Source of the DNA: Fistulifera solaris
Taxonomy: Eukaryota
Reading direction: 5' to 3'
Assembly: GCA_030295235.1 (NCBI GenBank)
Contig: AP026131.1
Coordinates: 620,001-684,000, forward strand
DNA: 64,000 nucleotides
Shown here: in pieces, positions 1-12,529 of the stretch
Numbering within the stretch: position 1 is the first letter of the stretch
How the letters are laid out: the number at the start of each line of letters is the position of its first letter
Translations under genes and position numbers: made by a program
Notes under the pieces: model-generated
What the model saw: the letters and a program-made list of their open reading frames with translations, nothing else
Databases searched by the model: none
Told to the model about the DNA's origin: nothing

Positions 1-8
1 TCCCAAAG

Positions 9-2174
9 TCACACATTATTTCGTATTACATACTTCGCTAGTATCTCACCGTCAGGATGTTCACGTGCTATATGCAAGCCAAGAAGATAAGCTTTTCTCC
101 TCTCTAAATCCGATTCCTTGGCGCTGTCTTCGAGTAGCTTCTGTATCTCTTCGCTCAGAAATCGGTCTTGCACAACGAAAACTTGTTGGTCTTTGGCGTA
201 CCTACATACCGACTTTTGTTGAACGACGTTGTTAACTCCAGAGGAAGATGCAAACATGATTTGACCAGCCTCGATATCCTCACAACCCGAGTTACTGAGC
301 AATTCAATAGCCTTTGACACAATACTTTCTTCTTCCCCTTTGTTAGGCGGTCGAGATGTCGCAAAGAACCATTCATCGTGCGTCTTCTGGATATCCATGT
401 GGCCACCGCGTCGCAGGACTCGAAGAAGACGTGACGGTACAACTACCGGTTGTCGTCCCGGAAGCATGGATGTGGCCCAATCAAACTCATGTTCTAAACA
501 AGGAAAGGCATTCTTCCCAAACTCGGTATTGAATCGAGTTGCCAGTGCTTTCGCTGCGATGCCCACACGGTCGAACTCGGGAGCCGCAAGTACTTGAGAC
601 TCTAAGCAGTCGAAGTCCGTGTTCACATCATCGTCATAGGCGCCTTCGCTATCATCATCATTTTTACTTTCCGTGTCATACCCCAGCAACATCCTGTACA
701 TGAGCCGCTTCGCTAAATTCAGATGCATTAACTTCGCATCAACTAAAATTTCGTGCCAAAGCTGCGCGTACGCAGCTCTCATTTCATCAAAATCAACAAT
801 TTGGCCGTTCCATACAGGAATGGAATGCAAATTCATTCCAAAGAGTGCGACGCCACTCGATCCAATGCGTGGGTCCTTACCCCAGTGTGTAACATAGCGC
901 CCATTGACAAAAACACTACCCGCGAAGGAAGCATCGAGTAAAAGCGTATGACCGGAGGGTGTAGCTGACACCGTTATTGGTGAACTTGGGTTCAGCTGTA
1001 GAAAGGAGGCCATGACAGCGTTAGCCATATCGTCAAATCTAGGCAAGTCCTGGACAGGAACTCGCAATTTTCCCTCAAGTGTTAGATGCATCCTGTTGAT
1101 TGTGTATGTTCGTTTCCTGCGTTTCGTCGGGCGTGACTCCCCACAACTAGGGCTGTTATCCATCTTTTCATTTGCTGTGTCTTTCTCTTGATCCGTAGAC
1201 GGTGTTTCTTTTGGCTCCTCCTCGTCGATTAACTCCGTGTCCGAGGGCTGTGTCATATCATGGTTGGCGACGGTCACGCAGAGACTCTTCGCAAACGGAT
1301 CCCCCACTCGGCTGCTCGAAAGCTGTGGCACCATCCCATCGTGTAGCGTCGAGTCCATCAAATCAAATTTGTATTTCTTCCCTCGGACCGAATACACTTC
1401 CAAGACGTACTTCGCACACGTGTCGTACAAACTCGCCAACGCACCGTACTTGACATCATCATCGAGACTACCGCCGAAACTAAGCATAGAGAGTTCTTCC
1501 GCCAGTACCGCTTCTTGTTTACCGGTCGGTGGCACACTCCGATATTCGGCAACGAATTTGTACATGACACAAGGCGGCATTTCTTCGGTATCGATGCCTT
1601 CCAATTCCGCCGGCGTGAGCGGTTCTTGGCTCGCATAGAGTAAACTGATGCGACCTAGCACTCCCGGCTGACTCGTCCAGCCATCATGTTCGTTCCTTTC
1701 GAGCTCTTCATCGGCCGACAGGCCTTGTGGCAAAGTCGATCTGAGATAGATCCAGGCGTTTCGGGAGTACTGTTGCTTGAAGGATAGCTTTTGTAATGGC
1801 AAAGGAAGATCGTTGGGGTTCGATTCACCTTCAACTGGTATCCTTCAAGGTTTGAAGTCAAAAGAAAGCGAGACAAAAAGGAAATGAGTTGAAAAATTGA
1901 GATAGCATCGACACAAGTTGTAACAAGGAAAGGAATGAGCGCACCAGGCAAACTTAGAAGTCGTCAAGTCTCCGAAAGACCATTGATGCGGCGGATACAC
2001 AATGCGTGCATAATTTACACAGGAAAGGAGCACATGCGAAATAACTTGTCGCATTCCATCCACGACACCATCTTGCAGCGGAATATTCATATGAGCCATG
2101 CTGCTCAAGGAGAGCGGCACTGCCTCGGTGAATGTTTCATAGCGTTGTGAACCAATGCTTGCAGAGCGCTCCAT
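9..2174 (-). CDS. Uncharacterised ~687-aa protein, possibly with a degenerate GHKL/HATPase-like N-terminal fold (2 exons: 2174-1945, 1842-9)
   Basis: ORF 1845..2174 joins in frame to the long ORF 9..1802 through a phase-2 GT..AG intron at 1944-1843 (SKFAW|IPVEG). Function is only suggested by remembered motif resemblance. Confidence 0.7.
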
Positions 2175-2570
2175 CGTCGTTAATCAAAACACTACGTATT
2201 TAGGAAAAGAAGGAAGCAAAAACTTATTGCAAAGATGGTAACAGCTGAATATTCAATGATCTCTCAAAGGCTAACATTTGCATCGATCCTCGTTCTTGCG
2301 CTCTCGTGTCTTTTTTTGCGGAGTATTTTTTTGCGCGTTAGCAGAAAGAGAATTTCAGTACCGGAAAGCGACGAAGCGGTATGCGTTGCTAACTCTTTTC
2401 CGTGTTTGATGTACAGTACGCGCTGAGAGTGCTCATACGTCACACGTCACGCGTTTTTCGTTGAAGATTTTTTTGTTTTGACGTAAATCACAATCAAGAA
2501 ACCGACCGATATCATTATAATAGAAAGGATTCAGGTTTTGTTGCAATATCTCTTATCAGTCAATTGAAAA

Positions 2571-3484
2571 ATGTTCTTTCGTTCTCTCATTGGGGCAGTC
2601 CTAGCCGGAACTGCAGTATCGGGTTTTTCTGTGTCAAATGATCCTGCCCGAAAAGTGACCGACCGCCGATCTTTGTTTCAAGACCTGGCTGTCCTCACGA
2701 CCGGTGGCATTTTATCGACGGTAGTGGAACCCGCATGGGCCAGCGGAGGTGCTACAGCAGGAAAATACACGTAAGCGTTATTGAGAGGAACAGGGAAAAG
2801 ACGTTCACAGTTTTTTGTAATCGGCTAACACAAAATCGCTCTCTCTTGTTGTTACATGTAGCACAATTCCCATCGCCAAGAGACGATATTATGGACGCGT
2901 GCAACAGGCAGTACATGATTTTCTTTTGATGGGACCCGATGTGGTCAAGGGTGAACCGCAAGCTGCTTCCATTCAGTTCTTCTTTGATCCGCAGGGTGTA
3001 GTTGTCGTCCCCGCAAAGAAAAAAAGACATCAACGGTCAGTGCACCAAAAAAGACGGCGACTGTCGAGGAAAGGAAATTCGAGATAGTCGATTCAATGAT
3101 ATGGTAAGAACGAGTTCGCAAGTCAAATGCAGCTGTGTCTGTCCACATTTTCTCTCTAATCTGTTGTTGGATACTCGCGTTTGACATCTGTAGAAAGCAA
3201 GCATGTACTTGTTAGCCAACGCATTTCGTACAGACCAACAAAAGCCCCCAGATCGCCTTCCGACTGTAAAGGCCGCTAAAGCATTCTTTAAGGAAATGAA
3301 CGACATGGAAAAGCTAGTTACAAAGAAAGGCAAAGTAGATAGTAAACAAGTGGCTGCTGTTTACGTTGCTGCGTTGGATATCCTTGACCAATATTTGGAT
3401 TTGGTGGAGTTGCCTCCCACCGATTCGGGTCATTATGAGCAAGAGTTTGATACTCTGGTGGGTGAGTCACCCAGAATCACGTAA
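2571..3484 (+). CDS. Plastid thylakoid-lumen targeted protein of unknown function (3 exons)
   Basis: Signal peptide ending VSG|F, twin-Arg DRRSLF and AWA| cleavage site. GT-AG introns at 2771-2861 and 3104-3193. One extra A in the run near 3020. Confidence 0.75.
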
Positions 3485-3630
3485 AAGAAGTCTCCGTGCG
3501 CTTCATACCAAATAACGATACATATTGCGAGCTATGCCAGGTAGCAGTAGAAGGCCGCTTTCTACCCAAGCACTATTCAGTCCCTTTAGTACCCTATAAA
3601 TTATAGCGACTGCGCTTTAAAAAATATTCA

Positions 3631-5167
3631 TTATTGATGCAATTCACTGAGACTCGTATGGTTGGGTTCGTCGTCCAAGGGTTCCGTTGTTACCGAGTCG
3701 CTTCCTATCCCCAAGTCGCGATTAACCGACGCATCTTGATATGACTGGGGTTTTACCTTACTCGCATCTTCCGCATTAGGTTGATTCGCGGCGGGTAGTT
3801 TTCCATTGCCCTGTCCATTACTTTCCTCTCCCTGTGACTCCACCCTTGTGACCGACACGAATTCGTCCTCTTCATCAAATCGTATCTGCTCCATTCCCTT
3901 TTCTAGAACTTCCAACCGCTCTCCTATATACAGTCTTCCACCTTCAGGCGTTTGCGGTATTTCAGGAGTCCACCCACGTAGACGACGCCGTCGTCTAGCT
4001 TCTTCTGTTTCATTGTGGAATGCTGATTTGCAGAGAACGTGATATCCAACTCGCCTGGGTTCTTCATTTGCTGAAAATTCTGATAGCAGCAAGACCCCAT
4101 TTCCATCTGCATCCCAGCCAGCAACCGCAATCATATTTGGTGCTTCAGAACAGAACGAGCACGCTTGTGGATGAGGCACTCCACGAATTTGACACACGCT
4201 CTTCCTCGCTTCGCCCTCAACTGATTTCCGAACGCTTGAAAATAGCTTCGTTAATGATCCTGAATCTTTCCCTTTCTCGTCAGTACTCTTTTGACTGCAT
4301 TCATCTGAAAAATATGAGCTGTCCCTTTGTCACTTGTACAACTCAACCATTCACTGTCCCAACTCCAAGCAAGACAAGTTATTGTAGTCCGCTCAACACC
4401 CCGCCTAAATTCTTGCAAACAAGTTGATGATGCTACATCCCATACACGAATGACGGTGCCTTTGGTGGAGGCAGTTGCGAGTTTGGTTCCATCAGCAGTC
4501 AAGGCTATAGCTCGGAGATCTCCTTCATGCGCCTCCATCAGCTATCGAGTAGTGCGTCAAGTCAGAAAAGAACAGAAGTAAGTATAAAGCGGCCCGATCG
4601 TTTGAACTGTAAAAAAGACAACAGGATACTTACGACGGTCTTTCGTAGAGTGTACAATTCGACACGGACATGCCCGGTTGTCACCGACGGGCACGCCAAC
4701 ACCATGTCTTGAATCTGCGTCGACAGACTAAGAAGTCCATGTGGGTTGTCTGCCGTGTAAATTTTGTCGCGAAGACTCAAGTCTGCAAGATGATACACGT
4801 AAACCCGATCTCGAAGAGCTACTGCAATTGTATCTTTCCGAAGTCGTACGCGCAAAACAACCTGTCGAAATGACAGTTCCCCCGCTTCTTTAGGAATATG
4901 ATCATCCCAAATAAGCACTCGATGCGGCGGTGAATGAGGAGAGGGTCCACCACCCACCAAAGCCATTAAATTACAGCGAAAAAGAAGCTCGACCTGGCCA
5001 ATACCTCCCTGCATTTGGCGTTGTACAGATAAGGCACATTGCGGGTGCAAATTGTGAATGGCGAAACCGGTCGTAGTTCCTATCGCAAGGCAGCCGCCAT
5101 CCTGATTAAAAGTACAAGATAAAAGGGTTGATTGTGAAGGCGCTTCGCCAAAGGGATCGTCTTCCAT
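3631..5167 (-). CDS. ATG18: PROPPIN / ATG18-WIPI family WD40 phosphoinositide-binding autophagy protein
   Basis: Motifs FNQDGGCLAIG, ELLFRCNLMALVGGG, LATASTKGTVIRVWD, EFRRG and TSDKGTAHIF. Intron 4633-4542. One-base frameshift near 4290. Confidence 0.9.
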
Positions 5168-5469
5168 TGTCGAAGTTGAAAGATTCAGATATTGCGGCAA
5201 ACAGAACAATCGTGATGCTTCGATTTGCTTCAGTTTTGCTCAATCGGACGAGGTATCTATGCCAGATATTTCTCAAAACGAATCTGACGCGATGATTAAC
5301 GAGGCGATCAAGTTTAGTTCGAACAATTGAGCTGTATGAATGATGGAATTATTCTTTATGTCGTGCTTTTGCAAAGACTTTGAATGAAATAAAATAATAA
5401 GTGTAGCAGCGCTCTATCCCTTATCCTTAATCCTTATACGTATAACTTGTTCTTATAGAGAGGTCGCCG

Positions 5470-5928
5470 GGACTAATGTCTTAGGCCAGCACTAAAATTT
5501 CCACAGGGCCCCATACCAGCACTTTTCGACCCCCCACGCTACTTTGGTTAATAAATACACCAGGATCATTAAAAAGATCGCAATTTTTAGTATCTACACC
5601 TCAAGCGAGATCTAATAGACAACGTGAGGTAAGTTTTTCTTACATTTTTGCTTTGAATTCGGAGATGCACTCAGCTAAAGGGCCAGCGGTCAATTCTCGA
5701 CCTTCAACGTTTGTAGAGGAACCAAATCACCAATACTTAGAGTTTTCGCCCGATTAAAAGTATTTGCTGTCAATTAGACGTCTCTCTGCTAATAGCTAAT
5801 GGAAGTTCATGAATCGCGTTTATATTGTTGGAATTATGATCATTCGCGAGTCGATGCCCGTAATTTTTGCTAAAAGTGCTGGTATGGGGCCCTGTGGAAA
5901 TTTTAGTGCTGGCCTAAGACATTAGTCC
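5470..5928. mobile_element. 459-bp non-autonomous DNA transposon (MITE), Mutator-like by TIR/TSD geometry
   Basis: Perfect 57-bp terminal inverted repeats (5470-5526 and 5872-5928, GGACTAATGTCTTAGGCCAGCAC...). Flanking 10-bp direct repeat GAGGTCGCCG / GAGGCCGCCG (1 mismatch). No internal coding region recognised. Confidence 0.9.
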
Positions 5929-7047
5929 GAGGCCGCCGAGAGGCCGCATTGCGCATTGCGCAGTGCGCATTCCGGATTCCCATTCCGGGCTTATGTAAAA
6001 AAGATAATTGTGGCTTCTGAAACTCAGAAACAACGCAGACTGTGACCGGTGATATCTTTTGTGTATCGTACTTTCTGATCCGAAGTAAGACGAATTTTCC
6101 CTGTTCCACGTACCTATACAACATAGTACATTCCCTTTCTTTCATTTACGAAGCCAAAAGAACACAAGCAATAATTTCATTCGTACATTTGCCGTGTAGG
6201 CAACACCTAGCTTGGACAAGCATTTCGTCTACTTATTCCTACGTAGAAGCGGTAGGAAAATCGCATCGCACGCGCATTCGTGGGCGGCTCATAAAAATTT
6301 CATTTCGAACCTCGGCATCAACGAGGTTACTGGTATCAGGCGTGAACGAAAAAACAGCCCCAAAGAAGCTTTTATTTTTCTTCATTCAAAACATACACAT
6401 TTTTACGATCGAAATATTATGCAACAAAATCTTTTTGTTTGAAAGACGGTGAGTTTCCATTCATTGTGTTGCAATCGACGTGATGCTTGCACGACGCACG
6501 CGTGTTGGCTCGATCGAGATGAAAGCTGCATGCTGCACCGTGCATTCTTCCGTCCGCTGTTTCTATACAGCAAACAGTAGAATTATTGGGTGCCGGTTGG
6601 TTTCGTGGACTTCGTGATTTCTGAATGATCTGTGGTGTCTATCGGTTTTTGTGTGCTCTAGAGAATTAGCTTTCTGTTGAACCTGTTTGTGATTGGCTGA
6701 TTTTGTCTTCGATTTTATTGGGTGTTGCTTCAGTACTGCTTCTACGCGAAAATTCGTGTTTTGTTCGTGTACAGCGTGCAAGCATGGCACTCGTTCTTTT
6801 CTCGCGTGTTTTGTTGGTGTTGTTATCGTTTGCAAAATATCATGTCAGCTTTTAGATAACACGTTCTCATGAACCTTTTCTTCATTTCTTATTTGTGTTA
6901 ACAAAACAGTCAATAAAGATTCGCTGCACGGGTTCATCCCAACAGCGGCCTCGCCACATTTGACTGCCTTCGCTTGGTCCTCGCCTCTTTATTGAGAGCT
7001 CTCAGACCCCCACGACTTCTTATTTGAATATCTGAACGAAAGTTATC

Positions 7048-8147
7048 ATGAGAAGTCAACAAATCATATCTACACCGCAGCCGATAACGGTTGACATTCG
7101 GCTTTGTGGGAATATACCTCGCAAAGACTTGATATCAAGTTCTACTTGCCTCAGAAATGTTTGGGCATCCGGCAGTACATTACCTTCTCGTTCGAGGAGC
7201 ACGAAAACGAGTGAAGAGTCATTAAATACATCTCAAAAGGAAACATCAAGTCTCTTCATCCCGGGGAAAACAGGAAGCTGCCGCGCTCCCACTTATCTGC
7301 AGCAGCCTACATTGATTGAACCTCCTCAATGGGCCGTGCCAGCTCGTGGAGAAACTTGCCTTGAGGTAAGCAGCTATTTTTTCGTCCTTTTTGATTGACA
7401 TGCTTGCATCTTTGACTAACTTTGTATTTTCAGCCTGTTTGCGAGTCGCTCGGACGACAGTGCGCAATTGATTTAACCAAGAAGGCCTGTTACCGTGTAG
7501 GGCGCTCGCCAGATTCGGACGTTCAACTCATGCATGCCACTTCATCACGAATTCATGCAATGCTTTTCCACCACGCAAACGGATCTTGTTACGTCGTGGA
7601 TTGCGGGAGCTCGCATGGAACTTATATTAATGGGACGCGAATCAATTCGTCGTCGAAAGCAGGTGTTCTCGTGCCTGTGATGGTTCGCCAAGGAGGCATG
7701 ATTCGCTTTGGAGGTGCAGGTGCGCCTTGTTTTGTTCTCAAGTCCTTTTCCTTTCATCTCGAAGACATTATGGCAGAATCTGTAGCCGATGATGCCGAGC
7801 TGGTTCGCCGCAACACTCGAATCAATGCTCTGGGGAAGACGGCAGGGGAGTTTGTCGTTGAGAGTGTTATCAACACTATTGACAAGGCTATGGATGTGTG
7901 CAGGAAAAGATCCTTTGACAGCGTTGATTCAGATGCAACAGGCGACGAAAACTCGACATGTAAAAGAAGATGCACATCTCCACCTCTTACACTGGATGCT
8001 GCCCTCCCTAATCTGGTTTCTCCCGAACTTCTGCCTGCCCAATCATCGAAACGACGCGTCTCATTTTCCAACGACCCACCTCAACTATTTTATCCAGCGC
8101 TTGTTTCTCCGGATGATCTCTCCAGTGAGGAAGACAACGATCTCTAG
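7048..8147 (+). CDS. FHA-domain protein with a PP1-docking RVxF motif (NIPP1-like)
   Basis: FHA motifs VGR..SSRIHA..VVDCGSSHGTYING, and KRRVSF near the C-terminus. Intron 7366-7433 with CTAAC branch point, in-frame join ETCLE|PVCES. Confidence 0.85.
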
Positions 8148-8307
8148 TAACCTGTCTGGGCTTTTTTTCTTCTGCGAAAACTTTCTCAAATACTCCACAT
8201 TCCCTTCTACTTTTTATTTTACCAGAAAAATTCTGCACTCCTAAAATAATTTACACTATTAGAGAATTGATTTTACACGCGGAATTACCTTTCCTTCTTT
8301 GTCATCG

Positions 8308-8966
8308 TTAACGATCGGTGTTGTAGACATGTACGTCTCGTGCTCTAACGACATCGCCAGATCGCGAGCTGCGCTCACGTCCGCCGATGCTGATATTCCG
8401 ACTTCGACAGCGATTCCTTGCTCGGCTGCATTAGCGATGAATCCACAAACCTGACCAAACGCCCGTGCATCCAGCCCGGTTTTCTCTTGATAAGTCTTAG
8501 GGTTGCCGGCCCATAAACTGACTTGAATGCAGTCTAGCCCAACTTCCGACAACGGAATATTGGGTGGTTCCGTCACTAAGCCGTTCGTGAAAGCACCGAA
8601 TGGAACTCCATGACGTTCTTCCTTGATCGCTTGTATACTTTCTTGCATTAAAAGATCAAATTCGAGTGTATCTTTTTGCGGAGAAATCGAGGCAAACCAC
8701 ACTCCGAGATCATTCTCACCCATGCCACCGACAAATTGATGCTCCATTTGATAGTGTTGATGAACTAGTTCGATGACATCGTCTGGATGGGTACAACCAG
8801 CTTGTGATAAAGGCTTAGAAATGGGTAGCAAGAGCTTCGAAGCAGAACCCAAAAGATCGGAAGTATCGTCAAGCCAAACAAAAAGTGGGTGAGCTGCTTC
8901 GCTGCTGCTCCAGCGTTTCAAATAGCGCGATGTCCCTCGGGCGCGTGCTAAGCGCGTCGGGAACAT
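8308..8966 (-). CDS. Probable mitochondrial protein resembling the C-terminal part of a radical SAM fold
   Basis: Arg-rich presequence. Motifs FTNGL, IQVSLWAGNPKTY and AFGQVCGFI. A probable 1-nt deletion near 8345 would give the ending SLGARDVHVYNTDR* (stop 8310-8308). Confidence 0.6.
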
Positions 8967-9316
8967 CGTAAGGCGAAGTTGTAAAAGCGTTAGATTATAG
9001 CTTATGGAAGGATAGTCTCGCTTCGTGCACTATTTCATGGCACATCAGGATGATTACTACGTATTTGAATTGCGAAACGCGCGTTGCGTGTCTTGTTCTC
9101 GTCCGAATATTTATTTTTGCACCTCTACATTCACTATAGTCTAAAAGTGTGGGGAGCCAGGCAAGAAAATTTCGATCCCGAGTAAAAAATTAGGCATGAA
9201 GCATGAATAATTGCAATACTGCCGAGGCTAATTGCATTGTGACAACGATAACTACCAGGTACCAGCATCTGCTTTTTCGGTATCAAGTTTGCAGGAAGAA
9301 GGGAAGTTAGATAATC

Positions 9317-9673
9317 TAGCTGTGTAGTTCGCAAGAATATAGATTCATGACTGAATTGCAGTCGTGGTGAAGGTCGCATACACTTTCGTCTATAGTAAAT
9401 ACTAAGCACATCGATTTGTAAGGATTATCGACGTAAAGAATTGGGCGTGCATTGCAAAACGTTGCTGAAAGTGATGTCTTCATGACAACGCCAGTTACCA
9501 GCTTGTCAAATCTACTGGAAGAAGGAAGGTTAGGTAGCTGTGTAGTTCGGAAGAATATAGATTCATGACTGAATTGCAGTCGTGGTGAAAGGTCGCATAC
9601 ACTTTCGTCTATAGTAAATACTAAGCACATCAATTTGTAAGGATTATCGACGTAAAGAATTGGGCGTGCATTG
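9317..9673. repeat. Direct repeat of a ~138-bp block (9317-9454, 9535-9673; period ~218 bp)
   Basis: Two near-identical copies of TAGCTGTGTAGTTCG...GGGCGTGCATTG read directly from the sequence. Confidence 0.9.
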
Positions 9674-10044
9674 TAAATGCTGTCGATTTTCTGGTATGTA
9701 AATAAATCGTAACAACGAAAATGTGATGCTTTGAGCAGGTCTTTGCTTTTCACCTCGGCCAAAAAGTTATTTTGCACTTCTCGAATTATTGATTGTCATA
9801 CCGGTACCTGTACCTGGACCCTTTCATACGTCAGCAACGCCACGGGTCTTGAGTCTCGACGACTTTTCTTGCTTTCCGTTTTTCGCCTTTCGTCGTCATT
9901 CTCTTTCATACATCGACCTTCATTTCGGCACCTTTCTTTACTTATTTCGAAGAAGTTCTCGTTCCTGTGTTCGCAGCAAAGGAAACAAAAGAATCTAGAA
10001 TACGCTGTTACATCTCTCACCATAATTCGCTCGTTTTCGTTGAC

Positions 10045-10561
10045 ATGACGCTAAAATACATTGCCATTCTACTTTTTTGCCTTATCGGGCCGTGCTAATG
10101 CGTTCCGACCTCCTTTTCAAGGCCGTATGGATACGTCGCTACCCGCTGTGGACCGAAGGAAATTCCTCATTGGAACTGTAGCCACCATAGCAGCCAGCTT
10201 GACCTCTGAATCTGCAGAAGCAACCTACTCAGCGTTCAGTCGACGCGAACAAGATTGGCAAGAGCGAGCCGCGAACGGTGAAATTCAATATACATCGGCG
10301 AAACAGCTACGCCAGCAACTGCGCGAAATCGTCCCACAGAATAGCGAATCGTCAAGAATTTTCTGTCCCAACGGACCGTCGGCAAATGTTTCTCCGCTGA
10401 TGGAGAACAAATGCGGTGACCGGATGGCGGCCCCTTCGGTATATGGGCGGTCGAATGATGTTCTGGGGAACTCTATTCCTGGGTTTGGAGCTGGTAGAGG
10501 CGTGGAAGGTTCTGGTAGTTTGTCTTCTGAGGTCGGTGGCTTTCCTGCTTACAAGAAATAA
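10045..10561 (+). CDS. Plastid thylakoid-lumen targeted small protein of unknown function
   Basis: ATG 10045 begins the signal peptide MTLKYIAILLF.., which joins ANA|F after removing one extra base. Twin-Arg DRRKFL and AEA| site follow. Confidence 0.7.
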
Positions 10562-10733
10562 GTGTGCGGTAGGCAGACTTTGTCGATGTAGGCTACGTAT
10601 CGATTCCGAAATTGATTCATGACTACGCACAACTCTGTTGTCGAATCTATCTCGCTTGAAAGTTCTACCTTCCGCGACTGTCATTTTGTTACTAGCTTAA
10701 TTAACAGTCAATTACAGTCTTAAGGTTACTGGT

Positions 10734-12529
10734 CTAATCCGAAAACCAGATATTGCAGATGCTCACGTAGATGGAGTAGAGTATTGATGAGAAGGTAATG
10801 AAGAGGAAAATAGATCCTCCAACAACGGACTTTTGCGATTCCGTGCCAAGTGAAATCAAATCTTCCTTGTAGTGAGGAAGAAATCCAACGAACGCTATTG
10901 CACCGACTTGGAACGCTGTGGTGAGATAAGTAAGGTTTATCATGCCCTGCAGCCTGCCCTCCTGGAGCGCTTTCTTTGACACATCCCATATGCGCAATAA
11001 AACCGTACTTAAAGCAGATGAGAGTGTTAAAGCACTGTTGTTTACGGTGGTAAACATGGCGTACGACGCCCCCTCAGACCCCGACGGACAAAGATGAACC
11101 ATCATGATCGTGGTAGGGAGAAATTGGATGCCCGAAATGAACTCGGCGAATGCATCGTCCCCCAAAGCGAAAAAAGAAGTTCGAAATGCCAAACGTGATG
11201 CCTTTAATCAACAGGATTTGCAGCAGACTGAAGAAGCCATTCATCAACGTTGTTACAATATAGACATTTCTCCACGACCAGGTGATAAAGAAATATTTGT
11301 AACAAATGATCCCGAGATAGAGTAGCACAAGCGTCACAATCAGAATCATATTGAGCTGACACGTCGTGAAATGCAGCGTCGACACGAGAAACTCCCTCCA
11401 AGCAGCGTTCCCGACCTGCATCACGTTGTAGACGTACACAAAGGCCATTGGCTGCCACGCGGCTCGGCTGCAGACCGTATTCCAAATCTCCTGACATTGG
11501 TTGCGCGTGGATGGAGGCGGGGTCTCCGTATCTTCGTATAGCATGTAGACTAACGGTAGGATGCAAAGCGGCAGCAAGGACAGCAAAAGAATGACATAGT
11601 AGGGCCCCGCGTAGCTGTACAGAACCGTTGAAAGGGGAGCAGCCACCATCATACCAAAGAAGCGATAGGAATAGCAGGACGACTGAATAGATCCTCTCGA
11701 CGATTCAGGCTCTAGCTTGGCCTTTTCCGCAACAATGCTGTCGCCCATGACATCTTATATCGAAGCGATAAGTGAGATCGTAACAGCTTGTATTCGACAA
11801 CAAAGAATACATACCTGCTACCCAAAAGCCCATTCCGAAGCCGAACAAACAAATCGAAAAGAACCCAATGGACGGAGCATCCTCTGGAATTCTATCGCTA
11901 CCGTCCTCAATGAACTCTGAATCTGTCTTGAAGCATCCGGCACCACGAGACTCAATGCTTAAATTTGAGTTCACCATCAAAATAAAGAGCGAGAAACTAG
12001 CCAGTAGCCAACCAAAGAACATATACGGTTTGCGTCGGTAGCCCATGATAGGTAGATTGTCACTCATAAAGCCGAACAATAGCTTGAATGTTGCCGGCAG
12101 CGAACGAATCCCTGATATTGATGTTTGTTGCGCTGGAGTCGCTCCCAAGTCCAAGGGGAAGACATTGACGAGGGGAGAAGAGAGACCCTGCAAGAGTCCC
12201 ACTAACAAATAGCACATGGGCACAGCAATATTCTCGGGGCGGAGGAGTTGACAGCTGCGCGGCAAATGTGGAGGAAATAAAAAGTCTTCTAGTTGCTGCT
12301 TCCAGTCTTCTGTATGAAATTCATCTTCCAGGACATCTGATAGAGGCAACTTTGACGAAGGAGCGAAATGACCATCGCCGTCTGTGTTACTTGTCAGCGG
12401 CAGCATCTCCATTTGATTTCCATCCGGATCTCTGGATAACTTTTCGACGTTTATATCGCTGTAATCATCGCTGGATGAATCGTCATTATAATGTCGATGT
12501 CTTATAGAAGAACGCGCTGGAGGGTCCAT
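10734..12529 (-). CDS. Folate-biopterin transporter (BT1 family, MFS)
   Basis: KLLFGFMSDNLPIMGYRRKPYM and LCPSGSEGASYAMFT motifs, many TM helices. Intron 11814-11754 (VA|DVMGDS). Extra base in the T-run near 11172. Confidence 0.88.
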
